Positions 39,484 to 47,093 of a DNA stretch of 56,674 nucleotides are shown here, one piece after another. Numbering within the stretch: position 1 is the stretch's first letter; each line of letters starts with the position of its first letter. Both the position numbers and the translations under genes were made by a program. The DNA lies in the NCBI GenBank assembly GCA_041687875.1, contig JBDNJH010000176.1, forward strand, positions 1 through 56,674, written 5' to 3'. This DNA comes from Flavobacteriales bacterium (GTDB taxonomy: Bacteria > Bacteroidota > Bacteroidia > UBA10329). The notes beneath the pieces were generated by a model. The model was not told the origin of the DNA. It did no database searches and saw nothing but the letters and a program-made list of their open reading frames with translations.

Positions 39484-39723
39484 ATGAAAACGCGAGAAGA
39501 GTTTCACAAATTGATTGATACGATTGAAGACGATGAAGTGCTACAGGCGTACTATCAACTTATCAGCGGACTCAACGCAGGAAAGAACGGGCAAGTGTGG
39601 AATTCGCTGTCTGAAGAAGAGCAAGAAGAGGTTTTAGCCTCTTATGAAGAAAGCTTGGATAAGCATAACCTGATAGATCACAGCTTGGTAGCAGAAGAGC
39701 ACGCTAAATGGTTGAAAAAGTAA
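39484..39723 (+). CDS. antitoxin partner of the ParE/RelE-family toxin
   Basis: 79 aa from the ATG at 39484 (MKTREEFHKLIDTIEDD...). Its stop overlaps the toxin start (ATGGTTGAAAAAGTAA). Confidence 0.6.
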   Translation: MKTREEFHKLIDTIEDDEVLQAYYQLISGLNAGKNGQVWNSLSEEEQEEVLASYEESLDKHNLIDHSLVAEEHAKWLKK

Positions 39724-40004
39724 TCTGGACACCACGGGCTACCGCAAAGTTAAGAGCGATTATTCGGTATCTAGAATTGAATTGGAACGAGAAGGTAACT
39801 CGTGAGTTTGCCCAGAAAACATTCGCGTCAATTCAGTTGATTTCAGATCAGCCAACAATGGGCGAATTAGTTGATGAGAAGAAACAAATTCGTGGTTTTC
39901 GAATTACCAAACACAATCGGCTTTTCTATACTGTTGCAGACAAAGAGCTGATTGTCCTCAACATGTTTGATAATAGACAAAGTCCCAAAAACAAACGATA
40001 CTGA
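39708..40004 (+). CDS. ParE/RelE family type II toxin
   Basis: 98 aa. MVEKVIWTPRATAKLRAIIRYL...LIVLNMFDNRQSP fits the ParE-like pattern. Confidence 0.7.
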   Translation: MVEKVIWTPRATAKLRAIIRYLELNWNEKVTREFAQKTFASIQLISDQPTMGELVDEKKQIRGFRITKHNRLFYTVADKELIVLNMFDNRQSPKNKRY

Positions 40005-40007
40005 GAT

Positions 40008-40101
40008 TTATTGAACCGTTATGTTCAACTCCCTCACGTTACCCACAGCATCGGTAGCTGAAATACGAAACGTGTTTTGTCCGCTGATGAAATGCTTGCT
40101 C
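40008..40101 (-). repeat. relic R2 of the 3' end of the M23 peptidase gene
   Basis: A 52-nt core (ctcacgttacccacagcatcggtagctgaaatacgaaacgtgttttgtcc) is identical to 40697..40748. The minus strand reads SKHFISGQNTFRISATDAVGNVRELNITVQ*. Confidence 0.85.
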
Positions 40102-40408
40102 AAAACATCTTTCTCAGTCGAGAAGGGTCTTGGCGACAATCGAAAATATCTGCCACTCTTATCTGTTCCAATTCTTCATTGACCGTATAAAGGATTTTGA
40201 AGTCGCCCTCAACTACATACCTATATTCGAGTTTTCGATTCTCCAGCAACGGTTCTCGTTGCCCAGAATAAGGCGTGTTCTGTAAATGAATAGTTGAGAT
40301 GAGGAGTTTACGCGCTAACTCAAATGCTGCGGTTTCTGAGAAGTGCTCTGTGTAAAAATCAACAATGTCCGATAAACGATGTTCAGCAGATCGTGACCAG
40401 ATTACTTC
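40100..40408 (-). pseudogene. ParE/RelE-family toxin ORF with no canonical start codon
   Basis: Hand translation gives EVIWSRSAEHRLSDIVDFYTEHF...FKILYTVNEELEQIRVADIFDCRQDPSRLRKMF*. The frame is open from 40435. No ATG, GTG or TTG occurs before codon ~58 of the frame that opens at 40435. It is missing from the ORF track for that reason. Confidence 0.55.
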
Positions 40409-40638
40409 AAAATTCGTCTGTACTTCGCAAGAAGATCAGTTGCGGAAACGAACTCACCAGCTTCAAATTCTTTTTCAGAACAATCAAGTCGCTTGTGAAG
40501 TTCCTCTAATGTAATCGGTTTAAACTCAATATTCATTCTCACATTTCGCAACAAGTCCTCCACTTTTTGAAGCAGACTTTCATCTTCCAGTTGGAGGACT
40601 GATTGGGCTAAGTGAATTTTGCGTTGATCAAGTGTCAT
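40402..40638 (-). CDS. antitoxin candidate upstream of the start-less ParE-like ORF
   Basis: 78 aa. Its stop overlaps the toxin-like frame exactly as in the 39484/39708 pair. Confidence 0.55.
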   Translation of the reverse strand: MTLDQRKIHLAQSVLQLEDESLLQKVEDLLRNVRMNIEFKPITLEELHKRLDCSEKEFEAGEFVSATDLLAKYRRILK

Positions 40639-40642
40639 GTAT

Positions 40643-40650
40643 CAAAGATA
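40643..40650 (-). promoter_or_regulatory. candidate -7 box (TATCTTTG on the minus strand) in the conserved spacer
   Basis: Lies in the 34-nt spacer between the M23 stop and the antitoxin ATG. The same sequence occurs at 38521..38528. Confidence 0.4.
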
Positions 40651-40672
40651 AGTTTTTGGTTCTCGAAATAAG

Positions 40673-42382
40673 TTACTGAACGGTAATATTCAGTTCTCTC
40701 ACGTTACCCACAGCATCGGTAGCTGAAATACGAAACGTGTTTTGTCCAGTAATGAAACGCTCGTCTTTGGTGTAATAAAGCAAGCTGTTCTTCGGGTCTT
40801 GTTGCAGAAGTACCCATTTCCCGTTGAGGGTTGCGGTCACGGTCTTTACACCCGCAAGGTTGTCGGATAGCGTGAATTCCAGACGTGCAAGACCAGCAGT
40901 GGAGGTTTGATCTTTGAAATTCTTCGGTGTGACACGAGGAGCGATACTGTCCAGCATCACGGCATAGTCGCCAAAGCTGCGGCTCTTGGTGGTCATCCAA
41001 TTCCATTTAGCAGAACCACCTTCGCTAATCGGATTTCCATTCTTATTGAAGGAAACCATCAAAGCTTTCGAGGTTTTGGTTTCCGAGAGTTTGTTCATCT
41101 CGATGGAAACCGTCATGTAACTGTCTAAAGGAGTATCGAGAATCTTGCCAATGGAATGAACGGGTGACACACAGCCTTTGCAAGCTGGTTTGAGGTCGTA
41201 TTTGAATTTGAGCGTATCGTAGAGACAGCCGTTGGGAATGTTGAGACGAAGTGAATTGTTGGTGAATGCGTTTTCCTGAAGTGGGTAGAAGAGGTCGGTG
41301 ATGTCTTCTTTAGGTGCTAAAACCGAGGCCGAATGTTCGTGTCCGAGGATAGAGAAATTCAAGGTTGATTTGTTTCCTGCGTAATCCAATACCTCGATGG
41401 AGATTTCGTAGGTCTTTCCTTTTTCAATCTGTACGGTTCCTTGGTCTTTGACTGTTGGATACATGCTTAACTTGTTTCCGGGAGCTATGTAAGAGCGATA
41501 AACCTTCAAGTTGTCAATCTTGTTCTTCTGATAGTCGGTGTGGCAATTGACCATGCGTTTCTGGTCGAAGGAAACTTTATCCAATCTCTGCTCGTGGATG
41601 ATGACTCCATTCACCTTAACCTTCATACCATAAATACCACAAGGGTTGGTGGCATTGCTGAAACGGTCTAGTGCCGCAATTCCAAAACTGAGAATGCCCG
41701 AAGCTTTGATGGGAGCAGCTGCGGTGAGGGTGTAATTACCAGTTGTACCTTGAATAGCAAAACCTTTATCGTGGATGAGTCCTTCTACATGGCCGCTTAT
41801 AGCATGGTTGTAAACGAAGAGTTTTTGAAGTTCGGGTCGCTTATCATCCTTCACTTTGAAACCGTAGTTGAGCGGATTTTCGGGATGTTGCCCGATGGTT
41901 TCGCGAATCTCGAAGTGGAGGTGCGGTCCGCCCGAACCACCTGAATTGCCGCTTTTGGCTATCAGTTGTCCTTTCTTGATAGGAAATTTGGAGGAAGTGA
42001 AAGCCAAGTCAACTTCGAAAGATTCTTTGGCGTATTGCTGTTCTTTTACATACGCAGCAATTTCTGGTGCAAATTCGCGCAGATGACCGTAAACCGTGGT
42101 CTTTCCGTTTGGATGTTCGAGGTAAACGGCCTTGCCGAAACCGCCACCAGCCACGGTGAGTCGTGACACGAAACCGTCAGCCACAGCATAAATTGGTTTG
42201 CCTTCCACGCCTCCAGTTTTGATATCCAATCCCGAATGGAAATGATTGGTGCGCACCTCACCGAAGTTGCCCGAAAGGATGAGTTCGCCATCCATAGGGT
42301 TTCGGTATTCGGTTTCTTGCGCGAGCGAGGGAAAAATGGATGAAAGAAAAAGGAAAAAAGTGATGCTTCGCATGAAGTTCAA
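40673..42382 (-). CDS. M23 family metallopeptidase, large secreted form
   Basis: 569 aa. Signal peptide. HFHSGLDIKTGGVEGKPIYA and GGSGGPHLHFEI motifs. Confidence 0.9.
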   Translation of the reverse strand: MNFMRSITFFLFLSSIFPSLAQETEYRNPMDGELILSGNFGEVRTNHFHSGLDIKTGGVEGKPIYAVADGFVSRLTVAGGGFGKAVYLEHPNGKTTVYGHLREFAPEIAAYVKEQQYAKESFEVDLAFTSSKFPIKKGQLIAKSGNSGGSGGPHLHFEIRETIGQHPENPLNYGFKVKDDKRPELQKLFVYNHAISGHVEGLIHDKGFAIQGTTGNYTLTAAAPIKASGILSFGIAALDRFSNATNPCGIYGMKVKVNGVIIHEQRLDKVSFDQKRMVNCHTDYQKNKIDNLKVYRSYIAPGNKLSMYPTVKDQGTVQIEKGKTYEISIEVLDYAGNKSTLNFSILGHEHSASVLAPKEDITDLFYPLQENAFTNNSLRLNIPNGCLYDTLKFKYDLKPACKGCVSPVHSIGKILDTPLDSYMTVSIEMNKLSETKTSKALMVSFNKNGNPISEGGSAKWNWMTTKSRSFGDYAVMLDSIAPRVTPKNFKDQTSTAGLARLEFTLSDNLAGVKTVTATLNGKWVLLQQDPKNSLLYYTKDERFITGQNTFRISATDAVGNVRELNITVQ

Positions 42383-42458
42383 ATTTCAGCTATCGTGCTA
42401 AGTTGCGGAAGATGGATGATGAGAAGATATGAGTAGTTGGATGTGAGTAGTGAGGTTT

Positions 42459-42566
42459 GCTCGGAGTGCCGCGTTAGGGATTGGAGCGGCATCCTTTTTT
42501 GTTTTTCACAAAAAAGATACAGCGGAAAACCCGACCCCGATTTTTCATCGGGGAAACGCCCAAAAT
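42459..42566. repeat. interspersed non-coding repeat, copy B (related to 25353..25486)
   Basis: See copy A. Also contains the hairpin ccccgat ttttc atcgggg. Confidence 0.6.
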
Positions 42567-42630
42567 ATTCTGTTGTTTGAGTTTACGATTCTGACATCTA
42601 TAAACGGTATGTTTGTACATTCAATCTTGG

Positions 42631-42921
42631 ATGGAAAACTTGAACACATACATCAGTTCGCTGGCCGGTAGGGTTGAAAAACTGGCGGGGTCTCACGCAC
42701 AATTGCATGACGAAAACTTGAAATTGAAGTCGAAAAACGATGAATTGGAGCAAGTTGTAACTGAGCAAAAAAATGTGCTGAGCAAGCTGGAGGAACAGAA
42801 TAAAGTTGTTAAAATTGCAAAGGCGGTCACGGAAGATGATGACGACCGTAAGGAGCAGAGGAAGAGGTTGAATGAATTGGTGCGGGAGGTTGACAAGTGT
42901 ATAGCACTTCTTAATAATTAA
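42631..42921 (+). CDS. coiled-coil protein (ZapB-like), upstream partner of zapA
   Basis: The ATG at 42631 (MENLNTYISSLAGRVEKL...) is preferred over the TTG at 42613. Heptad-rich sequence. Confidence 0.6.
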   Translation: MENLNTYISSLAGRVEKLAGSHAQLHDENLKLKSKNDELEQVVTEQKNVLSKLEEQNKVVKIAKAVTEDDDDRKEQRKRLNELVREVDKCIALLNN

Positions 42922-42935
42922 GGACATTCTTTTGA

Positions 42936-43223
42936 ATGGGAACTCAAGCGATAACAGTAAGAATAGCAGGGAAGAGTTACCCGATGACGGTGGAAACACC
43001 ACAGGAAGAAGAAACCATAAGAAAGGCTGAGCGGCAGATACGGGAGAGGTTGAAGATGTACGAGGATAAGTATGCCGTTACAGATATTAGGGATTTATTG
43101 AGCATGTGCGTGTTGCAATTTGCTACCGAGGCGATGGAAGGTGAGGAGAAGGCAGGTGGTGCAGAGCAGGATGTGCTGAAAAGACTTAAGGCGATTGAGC
43201 TTGCGCTCGATGCCAACACTTGA
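42936..43223 (+). CDS. zapA: cell division protein ZapA
   Basis: 95 aa. ITVRIAGKSYPMTVETPQEEETIRKAERQI... fits the ZapA pattern. Confidence 0.8.
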   Translation: MGTQAITVRIAGKSYPMTVETPQEEETIRKAERQIRERLKMYEDKYAVTDIRDLLSMCVLQFATEAMEGEEKAGGAEQDVLKRLKAIELALDANT

Positions 43224-43284
43224 TTTTAAGTAGTTCGTTCTTTACATAAGTAATACGTAGCGCTGCGAAGCGTTACAACGATTT

Positions 43285-43489
43285 CCCGCATAGATCGATG
43301 TTTGTTAAACTCAACGTTTAAAAAATTGGGATTAAGCTCATGGGTGTTAAAGAAAGGCCTCAACCACATTTAGGTGTGGTTTCGTTCCAGTTTACTGAAG
43401 CGGACAGTGGACCTCTGATGCGCTCGGCAGTCCCAATCATGTCATAATTGGAGTTTAATTAGACCAAGGATTTGTGCGGGTTTTTTTTT
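43285..43489 (+). ncRNA. ssrS: candidate 6S-like structured RNA
   Basis: Three collinear helices: 43285-96/43469-80 (12 bp), 43305-12/43451-58 (8 bp) and 43325-33/43429-37 (9 bp). They are separated by near-symmetric internal loops. There is an internal 7-bp hairpin (43362-81) and a U9 tail. No ORF is present. Confidence 0.45.
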
Positions 43490-43509
43490 AACCAAAATGA
43501 AGTAAGAAG

Positions 43510-45072
43510 ATGACAATGATAATTGGAGTGGTAGCAGCCTTGCTCGGGATAATTCTGGGAGGCGTGGGAATGATGGTCTACAATAAAAAGGTGGTGAGCG
43601 CGCAAGCGGAAGCCATCTTGGAAGAGGCCAAGGAGAAAGCTGAGGTGGTTCGTGAAAAGCGGATTTTGCAGGCGAAGGAAAAGTTCCATGAGCTGAAAGA
43701 TGCGCATGAGAAGGAAGTCAATCTGCGCAATCAGAAAATTGTGGAGGGCGAAAATCGCATCAAGCAGAAAGAAGGTTCTCTAAACCAAAAGTTTGAGGAT
43801 GTGAAGCGCGATCGGGAGAACGCGAGACGCGAAATGGAAGATGCCAAAAAGAAGCAGGAAAAGCTTGATGGGCAGTTGGAAATCTTCAATAAGAAGATTG
43901 AAGAGGTAGAGCGCGACCGCCAAAAGCAAGTTGAGCTATTGGAGAAAGTGGCCGGAATGAAAGCCGAGGAAGCCAAGGCGCAATTGGTTGAAGCTTTGAC
44001 CGCTGAAGCAAAAACAGCTGCCATGGCTGCCATTAACGAAACGGTTGAAGAAGCCAAACTTCAAGCTGATAAGGAGGCGAAAAAGATTGTTATTCAGACC
44101 ATTCAGCGTGTAGCTACTGAGCACACGATTGAGAACGCTGTATCGATTTTCCGTATTGAAAGTGATGAGGTGAAAGGCCGCATCATTGGTCGTGAGGGAA
44201 GAAACATCCGTGCGCTGGAAGCGGCCACTGGAATAGAGATCATTGTAGATGATACACCTGAGGCAATCATTCTTTCAGGATTTGATCCGGTAAAGCGTGA
44301 ACTGGCCCGTTTGGCTTTGCATCAATTGGTTACGGATGGTCGTATACATCCAGCTCGAATTGAAGAGGTGGTTGCCAAAACTTCTAAGCGGTTGGAAGAG
44401 GAGATTGTAGAGATTGGAAAACGAACTGCAATTGACCTTGGTATTCATGGTCTTCATCCCGAATTGATTAGAATGGTGGGACGTATGAAGTATCGTTCTT
44501 CTTATGGACAGAATTTGCTGCAGCACAGCCGTGAGGTGGCAAATATGTGTGCCATCATGGCGGCCGAACTTGGACTGGACCCGAAGAAAGCGAAACGTGC
44601 AGGTCTGCTTCACGATATTGGAAAGGTGCCGGACGAGGAGCCAGAATTGCCACACGCAATCTTGGGAATGAAGTTGGCTGAGAAGTATGGCGAGAAGCCA
44701 GACATTTGCAATGCCATTGGTGCTCACCATGATGAGATTGAGATGACAACGATGATCTCTCCAATCATTCAAGTGTGTGATGCTATTTCTGGTGCAAGAC
44801 CTGGGGCAAGACGTGAGATCGTTGAAAGCTACATCAAGCGTATCAACGAACTTGAAGCGGTTGCTTTGGCTTATCCTGGTGTAACCAAAACATACGCCAT
44901 CCAAGCAGGTCGAGAGTTGCGAGTTATCGTGGAAAGCGATCAAGTAACGGATGCACAATCAGATCAATTGGCGCTTGATATCTCGATGAAGATTCAGGAT
45001 GAGATGACTTATCCGGGACAGGTTCGTGTAACTGTTATTCGTGAGAAACGAGCTGTGGCTTACGCGAAGTAA
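43510..45072 (+). CDS. rny: ribonuclease Y
   Basis: 520 aa. N-terminal TM segment, long coiled coil, KH domain ([15 protein letters not shown]) and HD domain (LLHDIGK). Confidence 0.96.
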   Translation: MTMIIGVVAALLGIILGGVGMMVYNKKVVSAQAEAILEEAKEKAEVVREKRILQAKEKFHELKDAHEKEVNLRNQKIVEGENRIKQKEGSLNQKFEDVKRDRENARREMEDAKKKQEKLDGQLEIFNKKIEEVERDRQKQVELLEKVAGMKAEEAKAQLVEALTAEAKTAAMAAINETVEEAKLQADKEAKKIVIQTIQRVATEHTIENAVSIFRIESDEVKGRIIGREGRNIRALEAATGIEIIVDDTPEAIILSGFDPVKRELARLALHQLVTDGRIHPARIEEVVAKTSKRLEEEIVEIGKRTAIDLGIHGLHPELIRMVGRMKYRSSYGQNLLQHSREVANMCAIMAAELGLDPKKAKRAGLLHDIGKVPDEEPELPHAILGMKLAEKYGEKPDICNAIGAHHDEIEMTTMISPIIQVCDAISGARPGARREIVESYIKRINELEAVALAYPGVTKTYAIQAGRELRVIVESDQVTDAQSDQLALDISMKIQDEMTYPGQVRVTVIREKRAVAYAK

Positions 45073-45112
45073 TCGATTTGATAATTAGCCGACATGCTAA
45101 TGAGACAATGAA

Positions 45113-45138
45113 GGGTTTGCGAAAGCAAATCCTTTTTT
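45113..45138 (+). terminator. intrinsic terminator after rny
   Basis: gggtttgc gaaa gcaaatcc stem-loop followed by tttttt. Confidence 0.7.
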
Positions 45139-45140
45139 GT

Positions 45141-46070
45141 TTACAGGAATTTCAACAACTTGGAATCCGTTTTCCGGATCTCGAAATAGGGCGTTTGCTT
45201 GGCCCCGAAGGAACGGAAGAAACGTTCAACAGGTTCAATCATGCTTCCTTCAAAGTTGAAAGCATTGGAGACACTTGAAGAGAAAAGGATTGCCGTCCAC
45301 ATGAGTAGACTCATGGCACCTGTGTTCTTGTTTTTCGGGTCAACTGCTCCTGCCAAATAGTAGGCCGATTCATCGTCCCAAACGAGTAGGAGAGAGGCGA
45401 TGGGATTTCCTTTAGCATCACTCGCTAACCAGGCCTTACAGGCATCTTTGGCCTTCAGTTTCTTGTAAATGTTGGAGAAGTAAGCTTCAGAATAATTGAT
45501 TTCTTGTCTCTTGACTGCAAAATCCTTCAACTTCAAGTTGTGTAGAATCTTTACATTTTCGCATTCAGTGATTGTGAGCACTTTCTGTGCCTTCGTAATT
45601 TCCCGTCTGATGTTGCCTTGAAGATTTTGGTACAGAACATCTGCATCCGACAGGTCATCAATAATGTAGGTGTATCGGGTTGATTGTTCAAAACCGTTCC
45701 AATAGAATGGCAGCCAATTGGTAATCTCAGGATGAAAATACTGAGTGAACTTGTCAGTTTTAGGAAGCTGAGCAATGAGTTGCTCCATCATCTTTTTCTC
45801 GAACGAAAGTCGCGTGGCTTCTTTTTGTCCTTCGGGATAATGAATCCACGGACCCATGTAAGGAGTAAGTGGCGGAACGGTAATGATCTCGAACTGGAGT
45901 TTTCGTTTTTTGAAGTATGGCAAAAATGCCTGAACTTCAGAATCCGTTCCTACAATCGCAACATCCCATTGTTCGGGCTTGGCCACAATTTGCATCCAAT
46001 CATATTGCAGGAACAACGGAATTTCAGGATGCGAATCACACCATGCCTTCAAAATTTCCTTGTTGTTCAT
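45141..46070 (-). CDS. GNAT/FemAB-like acyltransferase-fold protein
   Basis: The ATG at 46070 (MNNKEILKAW...) is preferred. The track ORF extends to a TTG at 46106. Assignment rests on general resemblance only. Confidence 0.55.
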   Translation of the reverse strand: MNNKEILKAWCDSHPEIPLFLQYDWMQIVAKPEQWDVAIVGTDSEVQAFLPYFKKRKLQFEIITVPPLTPYMGPWIHYPEGQKEATRLSFEKKMMEQLIAQLPKTDKFTQYFHPEITNWLPFYWNGFEQSTRYTYIIDDLSDADVLYQNLQGNIRREITKAQKVLTITECENVKILHNLKLKDFAVKRQEINYSEAYFSNIYKKLKAKDACKAWLASDAKGNPIASLLLVWDDESAYYLAGAVDPKNKNTGAMSLLMWTAILFSSSVSNAFNFEGSMIEPVERFFRSFGAKQTPYFEIRKTDSKLLKFL

Positions 46071-46118
46071 ATTGATTGTTCCGTGTTCAATACGGATGGT
46101 TGGCAAAGATATTGTTGC

Positions 46119-46976
46119 TCAGAGAACACTCAGCAATTGATTGACCTCTTCCATCTTTCGGTATTTACCCAATTTCTTATAGCACTGCTTTAAGTCCGTC
46201 AGTAGACGTGCTATTATTTGTTCGTTGGAAATCGGTTTCAGATCCTCGGTATTCAATTCGATTCCCATTTTATCGATATACCGCTCAAGTTCGCTTTTCC
46301 CAAAAACAGCTCCCTTGCTGAATGGATTAATGTAGAACAGCAATTCACTAGAAGTGTGATTGTAAACGTCCTTGTATCCGAGAATAAAATGGTCAGGAAG
46401 GTCGATGCCAACGATGGGAAGATCCAGTCGGTCTGCAATGGCCATGTACAGAATGGCCATGGTGGTCGGACTTCCTTTGTGGTTGGCTAAAACATTTGAG
46501 ATGAACCAACTTTGATCAGATGAGAGATATTTTAAATGAGGCCCGAAATGGTGTACATCATATAGAATATGATTCAACACACGAACTTTCTCCAATGAAG
46601 TCAAATTGTCGTTTAATTCTAGCCAGACATCCTTTCTCAATAATTCTAGTTTCGATAACATCAAATCAACGGGCTGATCCGGATATTGAAACATAGAAGC
46701 TTTGACGGCACCCTCAAAAACATCTATGGCTCCTCCTAATTTCCATTCAGCGAGAGCTTGCTTGCCTATCTCGAATTCGATTTGATGAATTATCTCCTCG
46801 ATACGTGATTGAATCGCATTTTGAGCATTAATCTCCCATTCGGTCTCCAAGTGCGGAATTACATTTTTTCCGAACGAGATAAGTTTGTCGCTTACATTTT
46901 TATAAATGGTGTCGTCAGGATCATCCAATAACTGAATGAGCGCTCTAACCTCCCGATCTGCCAATGAGAAATGCAT
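46119..46976 (-). CDS. transglutaminase-like/SirB1-N-like protein
   Basis: 285 aa. Clean ORF. Family call is tentative. Confidence 0.5.
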   Translation of the reverse strand: MHFSLADREVRALIQLLDDPDDTIYKNVSDKLISFGKNVIPHLETEWEINAQNAIQSRIEEIIHQIEFEIGKQALAEWKLGGAIDVFEGAVKASMFQYPDQPVDLMLSKLELLRKDVWLELNDNLTSLEKVRVLNHILYDVHHFGPHLKYLSSDQSWFISNVLANHKGSPTTMAILYMAIADRLDLPIVGIDLPDHFILGYKDVYNHTSSELLFYINPFSKGAVFGKSELERYIDKMGIELNTEDLKPISNEQIIARLLTDLKQCYKKLGKYRKMEEVNQLLSVL

Positions 46977-47093
46977 CTAGTGCAAATTACGGTAGAGGTG
47001 AGGCAGCATAAATGGTTGGAGATCACAGTTTTCATCAGTCAGTTGTTAATTATCTGAATCCGAATTATTTTCACACTTAGAAATTCAAAATTG

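Noticed and set aside
44275-44958. 227-aa minus-strand ORF inside rny
   Set aside because: It is antisense to the KH/HD domains of RNase Y and has no features of its own.
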